A stretch of DNA of 64,000 nt, from the NCBI GenBank assembly GCA_033762375.1, contig JANRLQ010000055.1:1-64000 (forward strand), in the 5' to 3' direction. This document shows, piece after piece, positions 1 through 10,552 of the stretch. The notes beneath the pieces were generated by a model, which saw only the letters and a program-made list of their open reading frames with translations, had not been told where the DNA came from and made no database searches. This DNA is from Bacteroidia bacterium (GTDB lineage: Bacteria > Bacteroidota > Bacteroidia > J057). Numbering within the stretch: position 1 is the stretch's first letter; every line of letters starts with the position of its first letter. The position numbers and the translations under genes are program-made.

Positions 1-61
1 TGAACACTACCCAGAAACCGCAAACAACTCAGCCATACAACCCATCTTCTCGTGACAACTT

Positions 62-1459
62 ATGTTAGGTTTTAGAAGATCGTGTCAACTTTTTTCAGTT
101 TTTTATCTATCAACTTGTCAACCAATTTTAGGAAGTGACCACCGCCTTCTCCTCCTCTCCCTGCTCCTCCTCACAGCGCCGGCCCTGGCCCAGCAGCCTA
201 GTCAAAACTATGCTCTCTTTTTTGCGGTTGATACCTACGACAGCACGAACGCCTATCCGCCGCTGCTGAGCCCTGTGGAGGAGGCTCGCTCCCTGGCGCG
301 GGTGCTGGAGCACGAGTACGGCTTCCAGGCTGAGGTGGTCGAAAATCCTACTGCCAGACAGACCGAGGAGAAGCTGGCGGAATATGCTGCACGATTCGCA
401 GACGGCACCTGCGCGCCGGAGGACCAGTTGCTGGTTGTTTTCAGCGGCCGGGGGCTGGAGCAATACAGCCATGGTTATTTCCTGACACGCGACACCCGGC
501 CCACGGAGGTGCACCGTACGGCTTTATCGTTTTTTCTGGCCAGGGTCCTGATTGACAACATTGCCTGCCAACACATCCTCGTGGCGGTGGACGCGCCTTA
601 CAGCCGCTATTTTGATCCGCAGCCGGGAGCGACGCCGGAAAACCTCCAAAGCTTGGAGGCAGGTGAGCAGATGTTTCAGCAGCACCAGGCGACTCAAAGC
701 CGCTTGTTCCTCACCTCCGGCGACAGCCTCGGGCTTACGCCGGACCAGTCGGGCTTTACGGAGAGGCTGAAGGAAGCTCTGGCGCAGTCTGGCGGTGCAG
801 ATAGCACCCTGACTTTTTCCGAGCTGTGCGGCCTGCTGGGGCAGGGAGGGCCGGACATCCACCGGGGCAGTTTTGGCAAACACGAGGCAGGCGGCAATTT
901 CCTGCTTATCAGAAACATCGCCGCCGCCGACTCCCTTGCCTGGCAACGAGCCCTGCGGGCAGATAACTGTGCAGCCGCTCAAAGTTACCTGACAGATTAT
1001 ACCGCCGGAAAATATCGGGAGGCAGCGGCACAGCAGGTAGAAACGAAGTGCGGGCAGACGGATTCCACACAGGTGGAGGCTAATGCACCGATTGGAAATA
1101 CGTACGACAAGGATATGTTGGTTTACTTCGAACGAGATCCTGATATAGATGCTTTCATGTTTGCGGAATTAAAACCCCAAGCGATAAACTATGATGAGGT
1201 TCGGGCCTTAATGGGCGAACCGGTAAAAGGTATCCTTAAACGAGAAGAACATAAAGGGAAAAATATTCGCGTGGTTGCAAGGGTGCTGGTAGATAAATAT
1301 GGCAACTACAAAAGGCACCGCCTTATTAGTATGGGTCATCCGATTTGTAGCAGACAGGTGGAAGCCTATCTTCACCGGCTGATCTTTACGCCTGCGATAC
1401 AGGGAGGTAAACCCGTCAGCTTTTGGGTCAATATGGCTTTTACCTTTCAGGTAGAGTAG
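62..1459 (+). CDS. Secreted caspase-fold (peptidase C14-like) domain protein with a C-terminal TonB-C-like domain. The catalytic dyad appears substituted.
   Basis: The N-terminal half shows the caspase-domain pattern (YALFFAVDTYD...LLVVFSGRG...YFLTRD...ILVAVDAP). A hydrophobic signal-like stretch (LLLLSLLLLTAPALAQQ) precedes it. The C-terminal ~90 aa (KGKNIRVVARVLVDKYGNYK...GKPVSFWVNMAFTFQV) resembles the TonB C-terminal fold. The true start is uncertain. Confidence 0.5.
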   Translation: MLGFRRSCQLFSVFYLSTCQPILGSDHRLLLLSLLLLTAPALAQQPSQNYALFFAVDTYDSTNAYPPLLSPVEEARSLARVLEHEYGFQAEVVENPTARQTEEKLAEYAARFADGTCAPEDQLLVVFSGRGLEQYSHGYFLTRDTRPTEVHRTALSFFLARVLIDNIACQHILVAVDAPYSRYFDPQPGATPENLQSLEAGEQMFQQHQATQSRLFLTSGDSLGLTPDQSGFTERLKEALAQSGGADSTLTFSELCGLLGQGGPDIHRGSFGKHEAGGNFLLIRNIAAADSLAWQRALRADNCAAAQSYLTDYTAGKYREAAAQQVETKCGQTDSTQVEANAPIGNTYDKDMLVYFERDPDIDAFMFAELKPQAINYDEVRALMGEPVKGILKREEHKGKNIRVVARVLVDKYGNYKRHRLISMGHPICSRQVEAYLHRLIFTPAIQGGKPVSFWVNMAFTFQVE

Positions 1460-1585
1460 TTGGCAGCGCCTCCGGATCATCTACTCAGTAAAAATCTGTC
1501 CTCTCATCAACCCCATACCCCCCCCGCCACCTGGCTTGACTCCCAGCCCCGGTAACTGACCCATCCTGAGGTATCTCCACAACCC

Positions 1586-2515
1586 TCACCACCTTCTTGC
1601 GCCGAGATAGTGGCAACGCACCCGGGAGCGCCACGGGCGGATGCCCATCCGTCCTGACAAGCCCGGAGGTTTGGCGACGTTGTACACCAGCTGATCATCT
1701 ACAAATATCAGCAGCGTATCTTCCAGCACCCGGATCAGGAAATGATGGCATGCGCCCGTAGCAAGGGAAAATGCCACTCCGTCATCTACATGGGTGTAAT
1801 CTGAAAAATCATCCATCCCACGGGCACCGACCTGTTCAAGCAGCATTCGCTCCTCGGAACAAAGCAAATGGTAATAGGTCCGGGAGGCAGAGAATTCCTG
1901 CCAGCCCAGCACCAGGCCAAAACTTGCGGGCAAGTCTTTATCGCCTTCATCGAATCGGAGAAAGCAGATGCGGGCCTCCAGAAGGCAGGACGAGCCGTCG
2001 AATGTTTCCTGGCTGAGGAGAAAGCTGTACAGCCCGCCGCCGGTCAGGGTGCGCGCCTCGGCATCGAGGTCCCAGTCGCCGATGATCTCCAGGTCTTGCC
2101 AGTACGGCTTATAGCTGGAGGTTGTTTTTCGGCCTGCTTTCGGTGGTTTTGACGCCGGGGGCAGGCTTTGGGCTATTTCAGGCGAGAGATAGGGAAGCTG
2201 TCCCCACTTTCTGCCGGAAGACATCTCCACAAACCATCCGTCTTCGAAAAGGATCTGGTCCTGTGCTGCCAGATGATCTATCAGCGTACGGGCCAGGCGG
2301 CCGAATCGGGCTTGTTTGGTGGGTGGACGGGCGATCAGGACTTCAGTGCCGACAGGAATATACCAGCCCTTGAGCTTGGACAGATAGCTGGGCGCAATTC
2401 CGCAAAGGCTGGCTATATAACTTTGTTTTTTTTGTTTGACGGATATCGCGATGTACAATGCAGTCTGGAATATCTCCTCATTTTGATTAAGTGCCAATGG
2501 GAGGGACGCTTCCAT
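1586..2515 (-). CDS. Hypothetical protein with an N-terminal HTH-like segment
   Basis: A long ORF on the minus strand. A helix-turn-helix-like stretch (QTALYIAISVKQKKQSYIASLCGIAPSYLSKLKGW) sits near the N-terminus. No recognisable catalytic motifs. The start is taken at the internal Met (MEAS...). Confidence 0.4.
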   Translation of the reverse strand: MEASLPLALNQNEEIFQTALYIAISVKQKKQSYIASLCGIAPSYLSKLKGWYIPVGTEVLIARPPTKQARFGRLARTLIDHLAAQDQILFEDGWFVEMSSGRKWGQLPYLSPEIAQSLPPASKPPKAGRKTTSSYKPYWQDLEIIGDWDLDAEARTLTGGGLYSFLLSQETFDGSSCLLEARICFLRFDEGDKDLPASFGLVLGWQEFSASRTYYHLLCSEERMLLEQVGARGMDDFSDYTHVDDGVAFSLATGACHHFLIRVLEDTLLIFVDDQLVYNVAKPPGLSGRMGIRPWRSRVRCHYLGARRW

Positions 2516-2708
2516 AGTGGATTCCTGGGTTAAAGTCAAGCATAGATACAAAACGGACAACTATACGGGAAATTATACATATTTCCTGACAAGTTTCCTG
2601 ACAGGGTTTGTCCTGCGGCCAAATAAAAATAGGTGCGTAGTATTGTTGACAACACGGCCGCATGATGCGATGCAGCTATTGGGCCTCGACATACCACAAC
2701 TTTAACTC

Positions 2709-4022
2709 ATGATTAACCCTATTATGCTCACCCTCACCACCGCCGCCAACGCCACCTGGCTCGACACCCTGCCGCGGCAGGAGTGGTACCTCTACTTCGA
2801 GATCCAGGGTGCCGACGCGCCGCCTTCCGAGCAGCGTGTGCCGCTCAACCTCGCCCTCGTCCTCGACCGCAGCGGCTCCATGCAGGGCGATAAAATCGCC
2901 TACGTCCGCCGGGCGGCAGCTTTTGTCGTGGATCACCTCAATGCGGACGATACCCTGGCCCTCGTGCAGTATGACGACGTGATAGACGTGCTAAGCCCCG
3001 CCGCGCCCGTGCGGGACAAGGCCGCGCTCAAGCGTCAGGTCCAGGCCATCGAGGCCCGCAACAGCACCAACCTCAGCGGCGGTATGCTCGAAGGCTTTAG
3101 CCAGGCAATAAGCTGCAAGGAACCCAACCGCGTCAACCGTGTGCTGCTACTCACCGATGGCCTCGCGAATCGGGGCGTAACGGACCCCGGCCAGCTCCGC
3201 AAACTCGCACAGGACAAGTTTCGCCAGGAAGGCATCGGGGTGTCCACCTTCGGCGTGGGCGCCGGCTTCAACGAGGCACTGCTCATGGGTCTGGCTGAGC
3301 ATGGTGGCGGCAACTATTACTTCATCGCCAATCCCGACCAGATCCCCGACATTTTCCAGCGCGAGCTGGCCGGACTGCTCACGGTCGTGGCCCAGCAGGC
3401 GGCGCTGACGATCTCCTTTGCGGATACGGGTCTCCGCTGCGAGAAGGTCTTTGGCTATCCGGGGGAAATCTCTGACGGAGTGGTCCGGGTGAATTTTAAT
3501 GATGTATTTGCCAGCGAGAAAAAAGCGGTGCTGCTCAAGCTGGTCGCCGACGCTCCTCTTGCGGCGGAAAGCCTGTCTTTCCACGCAGAACTGAAGTATG
3601 TGGATGCCCTGGCGGGATTTGAAGCGATGGCTGAGCGCAAAACGCTAGAAATGCGCCGCACCACCGATCAGCTGGCCTATGACCAGGGGCTTGATCCCAA
3701 ACTTGCTGAACAAATCGCACTCTTCCTGGTCGTGGACTGGCGGGAACAGGCGCAGGCTTATGCCGACCGCCGGGACTTTCAGGCGGCAAATGCACTTGTC
3801 CAGCAAGCCAAAGCCTACCTCGAAGGGTATTTCAGCAGCCACGCGCCAAGCGAGGACCTGAATAACCTCTATCAGGAACTGCTTACCTACGAAAAAGTGC
3901 TGGCGGCAATGCCGCAGATGGATGAGGAAATGTATCGCTCACACAGCAAGGGATCCAATTATTATGCCTACATGCGGCGCTCGAAGCGGAGGCTCGACTA
4001 CGAGGAAAACAGCAACCCCTGA
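2709..4022 (+). CDS. von Willebrand factor type A (vWA) domain protein
   Basis: A MIDAS motif (LVLDRSGSMQG) is followed by the canonical vWA pattern (TLALVQYDD...TNLSGGM...VLLLTDGLAN...GVSTFGVGAGFNEALL). Confidence 0.8.
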   Translation: MINPIMLTLTTAANATWLDTLPRQEWYLYFEIQGADAPPSEQRVPLNLALVLDRSGSMQGDKIAYVRRAAAFVVDHLNADDTLALVQYDDVIDVLSPAAPVRDKAALKRQVQAIEARNSTNLSGGMLEGFSQAISCKEPNRVNRVLLLTDGLANRGVTDPGQLRKLAQDKFRQEGIGVSTFGVGAGFNEALLMGLAEHGGGNYYFIANPDQIPDIFQRELAGLLTVVAQQAALTISFADTGLRCEKVFGYPGEISDGVVRVNFNDVFASEKKAVLLKLVADAPLAAESLSFHAELKYVDALAGFEAMAERKTLEMRRTTDQLAYDQGLDPKLAEQIALFLVVDWREQAQAYADRRDFQAANALVQQAKAYLEGYFSSHAPSEDLNNLYQELLTYEKVLAAMPQMDEEMYRSHSKGSNYYAYMRRSKRRLDYEENSNP

Positions 4023-4082
4023 CAGGCGGCAGCCTGAAAGTATAGCGGGTGGCCGCAAAAAAACGGGCCATCTCCCGCGCCC

Positions 4083-7000
4083 TCAGGCCTTGTGCTCCCG
4101 GAGGCTTGCTGCGCGGCGCTCCTGGATGTAGTGCCCCCAGTAGGCAAGTTTTTCCCGCAGCTCCCCGATCTGGAAGGGTTTGCTCACGAAGTCACGCATG
4201 CCTGCCTCGTAGCAGGCATGAATATCTTCTTTCATCACCCCTGCTGTAACGGCCAGCACCACTGGGCGCTGCGCAGCGGGGAGTTCCTGGAATAGGATCC
4301 GTGTGGCCTCCAGTCCGTCCATGACGGGCATGTGAACATCCATAAGCAGCAGGTCGTAGGGTCGCTGGCGCAGCGCGTCAAGGGCCTCGGCGCCATTGCT
4401 GGCCAGGTCAGGGGTGTAGCCTTCTTTCTCCAGCACACGTCGGATAAGCTTCTGGTTGACGGGATTGTCTTCTGCTGCCAGGATGCGGAGCGGATACCGC
4501 TGTGCCAGTTTTTCGGCCAGCGTATCGGGCGGGATGGCCGGGACATCATCCGGGTGGACGGCGAGGAGCCTGGCGGCCTTTGTGCGCAGCTTGCTGATAA
4601 CCAATGGGGCTGCATGCAGCTCATCCTGGGCACCTGCTTTTGAGGGGTGGCTGAAAATACTGTCGCGGGGCTGGAGCAGCAGCGCCGGAACTGGCTGCCG
4701 GGCTTGTTTTTCCAGCCAGCACGTAAAGTCCTGGGCAGCCAGGGCGCCAGCGTCGAGCAGGACGAGGTCGGCGGCAGTGGCGAGGCAGAGTGCTTCCGCT
4801 TGGTGGCAGATATAGGTTTCGCAGCCCCAGGCTGTGAGCTGGCCGCTCAGCCATTCGGCGCGGGGGGCACGGGCGTCGAGCAGCCAGACCCGTTTGCCTG
4901 GCCAGGCGGGCGGTGACACTGGCACAGCAGGAGCTGCTTCGACCCGGATATGGAACGTAAATGTACTGCCCTTGCCCGCTTCGCTGTCAAGTGAGATGCC
5001 TCCGCCCATCAGATGCGAAAGGTGGCGGCAGATCGAGAGTCCGAGGCCGGTGCCTCCATACCGCCGGGTGGTCGAGGCATCTGCCTGCGTAAAAGCCGCG
5101 AAGAGCCGTGAGGCCTGCTCGGGCGAAACCCCGATCCCGCTGTCCTGCACAGACAGGTACACTTCCCCTGCTCCCTGTGCAGGCCAGGGCTCCCGCAAGA
5201 AGACCCGGATATGCACATATCCCTGGACCGTAAACTTCAGGGCATTGGAAACCAGGTTGGTCAGAATCTGCTGTACCCGCACCGGGTCGCCCACCATCTG
5301 CGCAGGCAACTCAGGAGCAAGGTCATACAAAAGGTCCAGGTCCTTCTGATACGCTGCCGGGCCAAAAATCTGAACGACATTCTCCACCACTTCCCGCAGG
5401 TCGAAGGGTACTGACTCGATGAGCAGTTTGCCCGACTCAATTTTTGAGAAATCGAGGATGTCGTTGATGATCGCCATCAGGGCCTTGCTGCTGCTGCGGA
5501 TGGTGTCGAGATAGTCGTGCTGCTCGGCATCAAGGGAGGTATCGCCCAGCAAGTCCAGCATCCCGATGACACCGTTCATGGGGGTTCGGATTTCGTGGCT
5601 CATATTGGCCAGGAATAAACTTTTGGCCTCAGAGGCTTCGCGGGCTTCTTCACTTTTGCGGAGCAGCTCCTCCGTGCGTTGCGCGACGAGTTTTTCCAGC
5701 AGGACATTCTGTCGCTTCAGCCGGTAGGACTGTAACCAGATCCCGAAGGCGAACATCGCGATCAGGAGCACACCGTAGACAACAAAAGCACCTGGGGAGA
5801 GATACCAGACCGGATGTACCTCGATATCCCGTGTTACAGGCTCACTCCATCCATACGAATCACCTTGTTTGACCCGTACTTCCAGGGTGTATTTACCGGC
5901 GTCGAGCGGCGGGGTTTCCCACTCCTGCGCCTCCTGGGGCTGTGACCAAGCGTCAGACAACCCCCTGATGCGCGTCTGATAGAGTACGGGTTCTCCTGAG
6001 TAGGCATAGTGGACAACGCGGGAGCGGACGCGGCTTCGGTAGGGATAGACAGTGGCATGGTCCTGATCTGCCCAGCGGGGCCGCTGGCTGCTTGGTGGCA
6101 CGGGATCCGGGCGGCTGGACACAACCAGACCCTCGCGGGTGCCGATCCAGATATAACCCTCGCTGTCGCGGGAGATGGTGGCATATTCTGTCTCATCGGT
6201 CGGCAGACCGGAGGCAACGCCAAACTGTACGAAATCGTTGTGGCGGTAGCAGCCGATACCCTTACTTTTGCTGCTCAGCCAGAGGCTGCCTTCGCGGCCG
6301 GCACACACCGCCCGGATCTCCTCGTTGACAGGCCAGTTGCCTACTTGTATGCGGAGCACGCTTTTGCGGTCGTAGCGGAGCAGGCCATCGGTGGTGGCCA
6401 TCCAGACAGTGTCGCCCCCCCCTAGCTCTAACATATGCACCTCAAAGACAGACGCAGGTATGAAGGACAAGGGCAGGCTCAGGTTCTCAAAGCGCTCTTT
6501 TTCCGGATCATAGCGATACAGGTAAGTTTTCTCACCCACGCCACTGAGCAGCAGGCTGCCGTCAGGGTGCTGCCGGACATCAATGATCCGCGTGTCCAGT
6601 CCTTCTGCCTTGCCAAAATGACGGATGGAGCGGCTGCGTGGGTCCAGGCGCATCACCCCGACCAGGGGGGTGCTGTCAGGGGCCTGGCAAAGCCATATAT
6701 AGCCGGCATGATCCCGCACAGACTGGAAAATCGTACTTCCCTGGCTGCGAAAATCCAGCACGGTGCGCTCCTTGCTGCCGGGACGGGTGCGTAACAGGCG
6801 CCCGTCGTAGTCTCCGATCCAGAGCCAGCCCTCTTGGTCTGCCATCAGGCTGGTGGCACCGCGCCAGGCCCCTATATTGAGGGCTTCTGTCCGGTACTGC
6901 CGGTCCTGGCGGGTAATGCGGTATACATCGCCAGCGGTCGCATAACGCACGCCGGGCTGGGTTTCGTAGTTGGCCCAGAAAGAAACCTCAGGCAAGCCGG

Positions 7001-7964
7001 GTGGGCTGACAAAAAAGGCCGGGGTCAGCAAGTGCGCCCCGTCGGCTGCCGCTACCCAGATCGCCTGACCATCGCTTGCTGGTGCAAAATCGAGTACCTG
7101 CGTTATGCCGAGGGAGTCTATATGTTTTTGCCCCGTCTGGCTGAAGACAGGAAAAGAGCGGAGCGAAGCACCTGATGGCAGCCATTCATAGACGGGATAC
7201 AGGCTGCCCGCAGCGAGCAAGGGGCCACCCGGCGTGCGAAATGCCCTGCTCAGGGGTTCAGGGCTCTGCAAGGTCAGGACCCGCACCTGAAAGGCCAGAT
7301 TTGCCTGGCCAGAAATTTCGCAGGTGCTTTCCGGCCCCCAGGCCAGCCAGCGACTGGAGCCCAGGGCAAGTATGTGGGTATTTCCGCCGGGCAGGGTGAC
7401 AGGCAACAGAAAAAAGGTCTGCGTATCTTCTTGCCAAAGGTACAGATTGCCTGCGGCATCCGCCGCGAGCAGGTGTCCGGCATCGTCGAAGGCCAGTTGT
7501 ACCTCAGCGGTGCCCAGGGGAAATACCCTGAGCTGCCCCTGCCGCCAACGGGCTGCATACCCCGGACCACCCACCCAAAAGGTACCGTCACGGGTGGCGA
7601 TCTGGCTGCCTGTCTGCGGCGGCTGGGGCAGCGGAAAGAGCTCTGCTGCCTCGGTGAGCGCCAGGTCAGGATGCCGCGCCGGAAAAACTGCTATACCACC
7701 GGGGCAGAGAGCGACCATTTTTCCTGCCCCGTATGCCAGATCAAACAGCGGCCCTGGTAAAAACGTCGGCGGCAACTCATGGTATTGCTGGCTGTCGAAG
7801 TAGGCAAGGCCCTTTGCGGTCCCCAGCCACAAGAGACCCGTAGGATCCTGTGCCAGTGCTGTAATCTGCTCCCCTCCTGTCAGGCCCGGAAAACGGGAAA
7901 TACGGTATTGGGTACGCTGGGCAGTCAGCCCTGATACCGTCAGCATGAGAATCGTCCAGGCCAT
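4083..7964 (-). CDS. Hybrid sensor histidine kinase/response regulator with a periplasmic Y_Y_Y/beta-propeller sensor region
   Basis: The protein has a signal peptide ([16 protein letters not shown]). A long N-terminal repeat-rich region has beta-propeller character, followed by a TM segment. The HisKA H-box ([19 protein letters not shown]), an HATPase_c G-box ([13 protein letters not shown]) and a C-terminal receiver ([15 protein letters not shown]...[16 protein letters not shown]) are all present. No AraC/HTH output domain is seen. Confidence 0.85.
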   Translation of the reverse strand: MAWTILMLTVSGLTAQRTQYRISRFPGLTGGEQITALAQDPTGLLWLGTAKGLAYFDSQQYHELPPTFLPGPLFDLAYGAGKMVALCPGGIAVFPARHPDLALTEAAELFPLPQPPQTGSQIATRDGTFWVGGPGYAARWRQGQLRVFPLGTAEVQLAFDDAGHLLAADAAGNLYLWQEDTQTFFLLPVTLPGGNTHILALGSSRWLAWGPESTCEISGQANLAFQVRVLTLQSPEPLSRAFRTPGGPLLAAGSLYPVYEWLPSGASLRSFPVFSQTGQKHIDSLGITQVLDFAPASDGQAIWVAAADGAHLLTPAFFVSPPGLPEVSFWANYETQPGVRYATAGDVYRITRQDRQYRTEALNIGAWRGATSLMADQEGWLWIGDYDGRLLRTRPGSKERTVLDFRSQGSTIFQSVRDHAGYIWLCQAPDSTPLVGVMRLDPRSRSIRHFGKAEGLDTRIIDVRQHPDGSLLLSGVGEKTYLYRYDPEKERFENLSLPLSFIPASVFEVHMLELGGGDTVWMATTDGLLRYDRKSVLRIQVGNWPVNEEIRAVCAGREGSLWLSSKSKGIGCYRHNDFVQFGVASGLPTDETEYATISRDSEGYIWIGTREGLVVSSRPDPVPPSSQRPRWADQDHATVYPYRSRVRSRVVHYAYSGEPVLYQTRIRGLSDAWSQPQEAQEWETPPLDAGKYTLEVRVKQGDSYGWSEPVTRDIEVHPVWYLSPGAFVVYGVLLIAMFAFGIWLQSYRLKRQNVLLEKLVAQRTEELLRKSEEAREASEAKSLFLANMSHEIRTPMNGVIGMLDLLGDTSLDAEQHDYLDTIRSSSKALMAIINDILDFSKIESGKLLIESVPFDLREVVENVVQIFGPAAYQKDLDLLYDLAPELPAQMVGDPVRVQQILTNLVSNALKFTVQGYVHIRVFLREPWPAQGAGEVYLSVQDSGIGVSPEQASRLFAAFTQADASTTRRYGGTGLGLSICRHLSHLMGGGISLDSEAGKGSTFTFHIRVEAAPAVPVSPPAWPGKRVWLLDARAPRAEWLSGQLTAWGCETYICHQAEALCLATAADLVLLDAGALAAQDFTCWLEKQARQPVPALLLQPRDSIFSHPSKAGAQDELHAAPLVISKLRTKAARLLAVHPDDVPAIPPDTLAEKLAQRYPLRILAAEDNPVNQKLIRRVLEKEGYTPDLASNGAEALDALRQRPYDLLLMDVHMPVMDGLEATRILFQELPAAQRPVVLAVTAGVMKEDIHACYEAGMRDFVSKPFQIGELREKLAYWGHYIQERRAASLREHKA

Positions 7965-8151
7965 GAACGCCCGCCAGCCGCACAATTGCCGGTCCCTGCA
8001 TCCAGGGCCTGTCAACAAAGCATATCGGCCGCAGAAAAAAATCATGTTCTGAGGGGGGTAAGTACTTGCAATATACGTTTTGCCATACACAGATGCCAGT
8101 GTTTCTGGTGGCAGATTATTACAAGATACGTATATTTATCGTCCACTGACG

Positions 8152-8287
8152 CCTCAATCACCCGCTCCTCAAATCCCGGCAGGGGGTGGTAGGCAAAGTC
8201 CATTTTCTACGGGGAGATAGAGTCGCGGCTGACCTCGAGGAAATACTTGTCTTGGCTGAGGCGGGGACGGAAGTCAGTATCGTACCC
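8152..8287 (-). pseudogene. Degraded duplicate of the 3' end (C-terminal ~45 codons) of the nucleoside hydrolase gene found at 12343-13317
   Basis: About 135 bp aligns by eye at ~85% identity to 12350-12485. The pattern gcctcaatcacc..ctcctcaaa.cccggcaggg...ggtaggcaaagtcca...cgcggctgac.tcgaggaa.ta.ttgtc.tggc.gaggcggggac is shared. The upstream part of the gene is absent. Confidence 0.5.
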
Positions 8288-8436
8288 GACCATAGCGGCG
8301 CGACGCAGGGCATACAATCACCTGTGTCTGCCAGGCGGCAGCCTTATGACAAGCGGCAGTCAAAAATCACACAGAGCTACACCGAGACCATCTCTGTGAA
8401 ACGCTGTGCCTCCTTCTTTTTGTGGGAAAACCCTGC

Positions 8437-9012
8437 TCACCCCCACACCACGCCTCGGTACAGATCCCGCATGGCGATTTCAGCGCCCATACTGGGGAGG
8501 CTGATGGTCGTTTCCAGTCCTTCATAGGCCCGGAACTGCCACAGGCCGCTCTCGTCGCGGGAAAACACTTCTACTAAGGGCTGCTTTTGCGAGATAAGCA
8601 CGTAGTCGCGCAGGGAAGACAGGGTACGGTAGAGCCGGAACTTTTCGCCCCGGTCATAGGCTTCGGTGCTGTCGGAGAGCACCTCAGCGATCAGCACGGG
8701 GTTTACGAGGGCGTTGGGGTCGAGGGGCGAATAGTGCTCCGGACCGCAGACCAGCGAGGCTTCGGGATAGAGGAAGCAGTCCTCCGCCTCGATGCGGATG
8801 CGCAGATCGCCGTTGAAGGAAGTGCAACCGCTGCGGCGGGCCAGGAGATTGAACTCTGTTACTATGTTGCCTCCCAGCATGCTGTGGTTACGTGTGCCGC
8901 CTGCCATCGCAAACAGCTCGCCCCGGTGGTACTCATGCCGGACATCGGCGCTGCGCTCCAGCTCCAGGTAATCGGCCACGTTCAGGCGGAGGCTTATGGC
9001 TGCTTCTCCCAT
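8437..9012 (-). CDS. Uma2 family (DUF820) putative restriction-endonuclease-like protein
   Basis: The ~190-aa protein fits the Uma2 pattern (ADYLELE...RHEYHRGELFAMAGGTRNHSMLGGNIVTEFNLL...PVLIAEVLSDSTEAYDRGEKFRLY). The start is taken at the internal Met (MGEAAISL). Confidence 0.7.
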   Translation of the reverse strand: MGEAAISLRLNVADYLELERSADVRHEYHRGELFAMAGGTRNHSMLGGNIVTEFNLLARRSGCTSFNGDLRIRIEAEDCFLYPEASLVCGPEHYSPLDPNALVNPVLIAEVLSDSTEAYDRGEKFRLYRTLSSLRDYVLISQKQPLVEVFSRDESGLWQFRAYEGLETTISLPSMGAEIAMRDLYRGVVWG

Positions 9013-9070
9013 AGGATGATTCTTTGAGGAAATATACGGGTTTTTGGGAAAAAAGTAGCAGGATGCTCGC

Positions 9071-10513
9071 TTACACCTGCCTAAATAGCGCATCCAGCGT
9101 GAGCTGGCTGTCAACCAGCCCCAGGCTGTGGGCATTATGGCGCAGGCCAAAGGGGGTAATGAGGGTGAGCCATACTTGCTTGCGGGTGCCTGTAGCTTCC
9201 TTGAAGGCAGCTACCCGGTTGCGGAGCCGGAGGGCTTCCTCTTTTGTGAGGCTGAATTCCCCGGCGTAAAACTTGAGCTCGAATACATGAATCACATGGT
9301 CGCTTCGCTCCAGCAGCAAATCCACCTGAAGTCCTGGTTGAGAATCAGTTCCGCGCTGAATATAAGATCCTGCCTGGGTCAGCACGCCCGAAATGCCCAG
9401 CGCCTGTTTGATGGAGGGGAGGTGCTTCAGGCACATGTTTTCAAAGGCATAACCTGACCAGCTTACAAAACCTTGTTCTTTAGCGAGTTGCTGCCACTGC
9501 TCCACCCCACGCTCCAGATACGGCTCCATAAATTGCAGGTAAAACAGAGAAAACTCATCCGTGAGGCGATAAAGTCTGTCTTTTTTCTTCTTTTCAAAAG
9601 GGGCTATGCGGGAAATAAAGTCAGAATGCAGTAGTTCTTCGAGCACCGTGCTCAGGCTTCCGCCATCTGAAAGTCCCGTTGTGTGGGCTATTTCAGTGTA
9701 TGTCAACCCCTTTTTCCGGGTTGCCAGGGCCTTTACAATGGCGAGATGTGTTTTGGGTGACTCAAATAGCGCTGCAAAAAGCTTGGGAAACTCATCGCGC
9801 AAGAGTCCGTTGGGAGAAAAACAAATAGCCTCGATGTTTTGGGCAGCGCTGCGGCCGCCGGTCACTTCGTTGAGGTAGAGCGGCACCCCGCCCAAAACCA
9901 TATACAAGTGTGCAAGCTGGTAACGGTCAAACTGAATGTGGCGGGATTCGAAAAAAGCCTCCGTTTCAGCCAGCGTAAAGGGCTGCAAATGAATACGGCG
10001 TGTGATACGGTTGTGCAATCCCCCTTTGTGATTCACCACATGTTTGATCATCCAGGATGCGGCTGAGCCGCAGATCACTACCACGACGGGCTGGTTGACT
10101 GCCCAACTGTTCCAAAACCAGCTTAGTCCCTTCAAAAAGCCTGATCCATGCGTGGCCAGCCAGGGCAATTCATCCAGAAACACGACCCATTTGCCTTCTT
10201 TGGGTTTGTTTTCCAGGGCCTGCGATAATTGAAAGAAGGCATCAAGCCAATCACGAGGCTCAGGCCCTAAGGCAGAAAACCCACCCAGTCGAGCCATCTG
10301 AAAAGAAAAATTCCGGAGTTGCTCGCTTCGGCTGGCGTGTTGAATACCCGTAATTTCGAAATCGAGTTGTTGCTGGAAAAAGGATTTGACGAGAAAGGTT
10401 TTCCCAACCCTCCGCCGACCAACTATAGCTACCAGCTCTGCGCCAGGCGATCGAAGCGTTTGATGGAGGACTTGCTGCTCTGCCGTGCGACCAACGAGTG
10501 GGTAAGGAGTCAT
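9071..10513 (-). CDS. ATP-binding protein of the archaeal-ATPase/DUF234 family (AAA-like)
   Basis: Walker A (VGRRRVGKTFLV) and Walker B-like (VVFLDELPWL) motifs are present. The C-terminal DUF234-like region carries a winged-helix segment (LAIVKALATRKKGLTYTEIAHTTGLS). Confidence 0.8.
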   Translation of the reverse strand: MTPYPLVGRTAEQQVLHQTLRSPGAELVAIVGRRRVGKTFLVKSFFQQQLDFEITGIQHASRSEQLRNFSFQMARLGGFSALGPEPRDWLDAFFQLSQALENKPKEGKWVVFLDELPWLATHGSGFLKGLSWFWNSWAVNQPVVVVICGSAASWMIKHVVNHKGGLHNRITRRIHLQPFTLAETEAFFESRHIQFDRYQLAHLYMVLGGVPLYLNEVTGGRSAAQNIEAICFSPNGLLRDEFPKLFAALFESPKTHLAIVKALATRKKGLTYTEIAHTTGLSDGGSLSTVLEELLHSDFISRIAPFEKKKKDRLYRLTDEFSLFYLQFMEPYLERGVEQWQQLAKEQGFVSWSGYAFENMCLKHLPSIKQALGISGVLTQAGSYIQRGTDSQPGLQVDLLLERSDHVIHVFELKFYAGEFSLTKEEALRLRNRVAAFKEATGTRKQVWLTLITPFGLRHNAHSLGLVDSQLTLDALFRQV

Positions 10514-10552
10514 GCTAAATGGAGCTATGCGCAGGAACTCTCAAAGAAAGTA

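Noticed and set aside
2709-4022. The vWA protein as the partner of the giant MoxR-like ATPase (a classical MoxR-vWA pair)
   Set aside because: The two genes are ~24 kb apart, separated by many unrelated genes and a strand change. There is no evidence of linkage.
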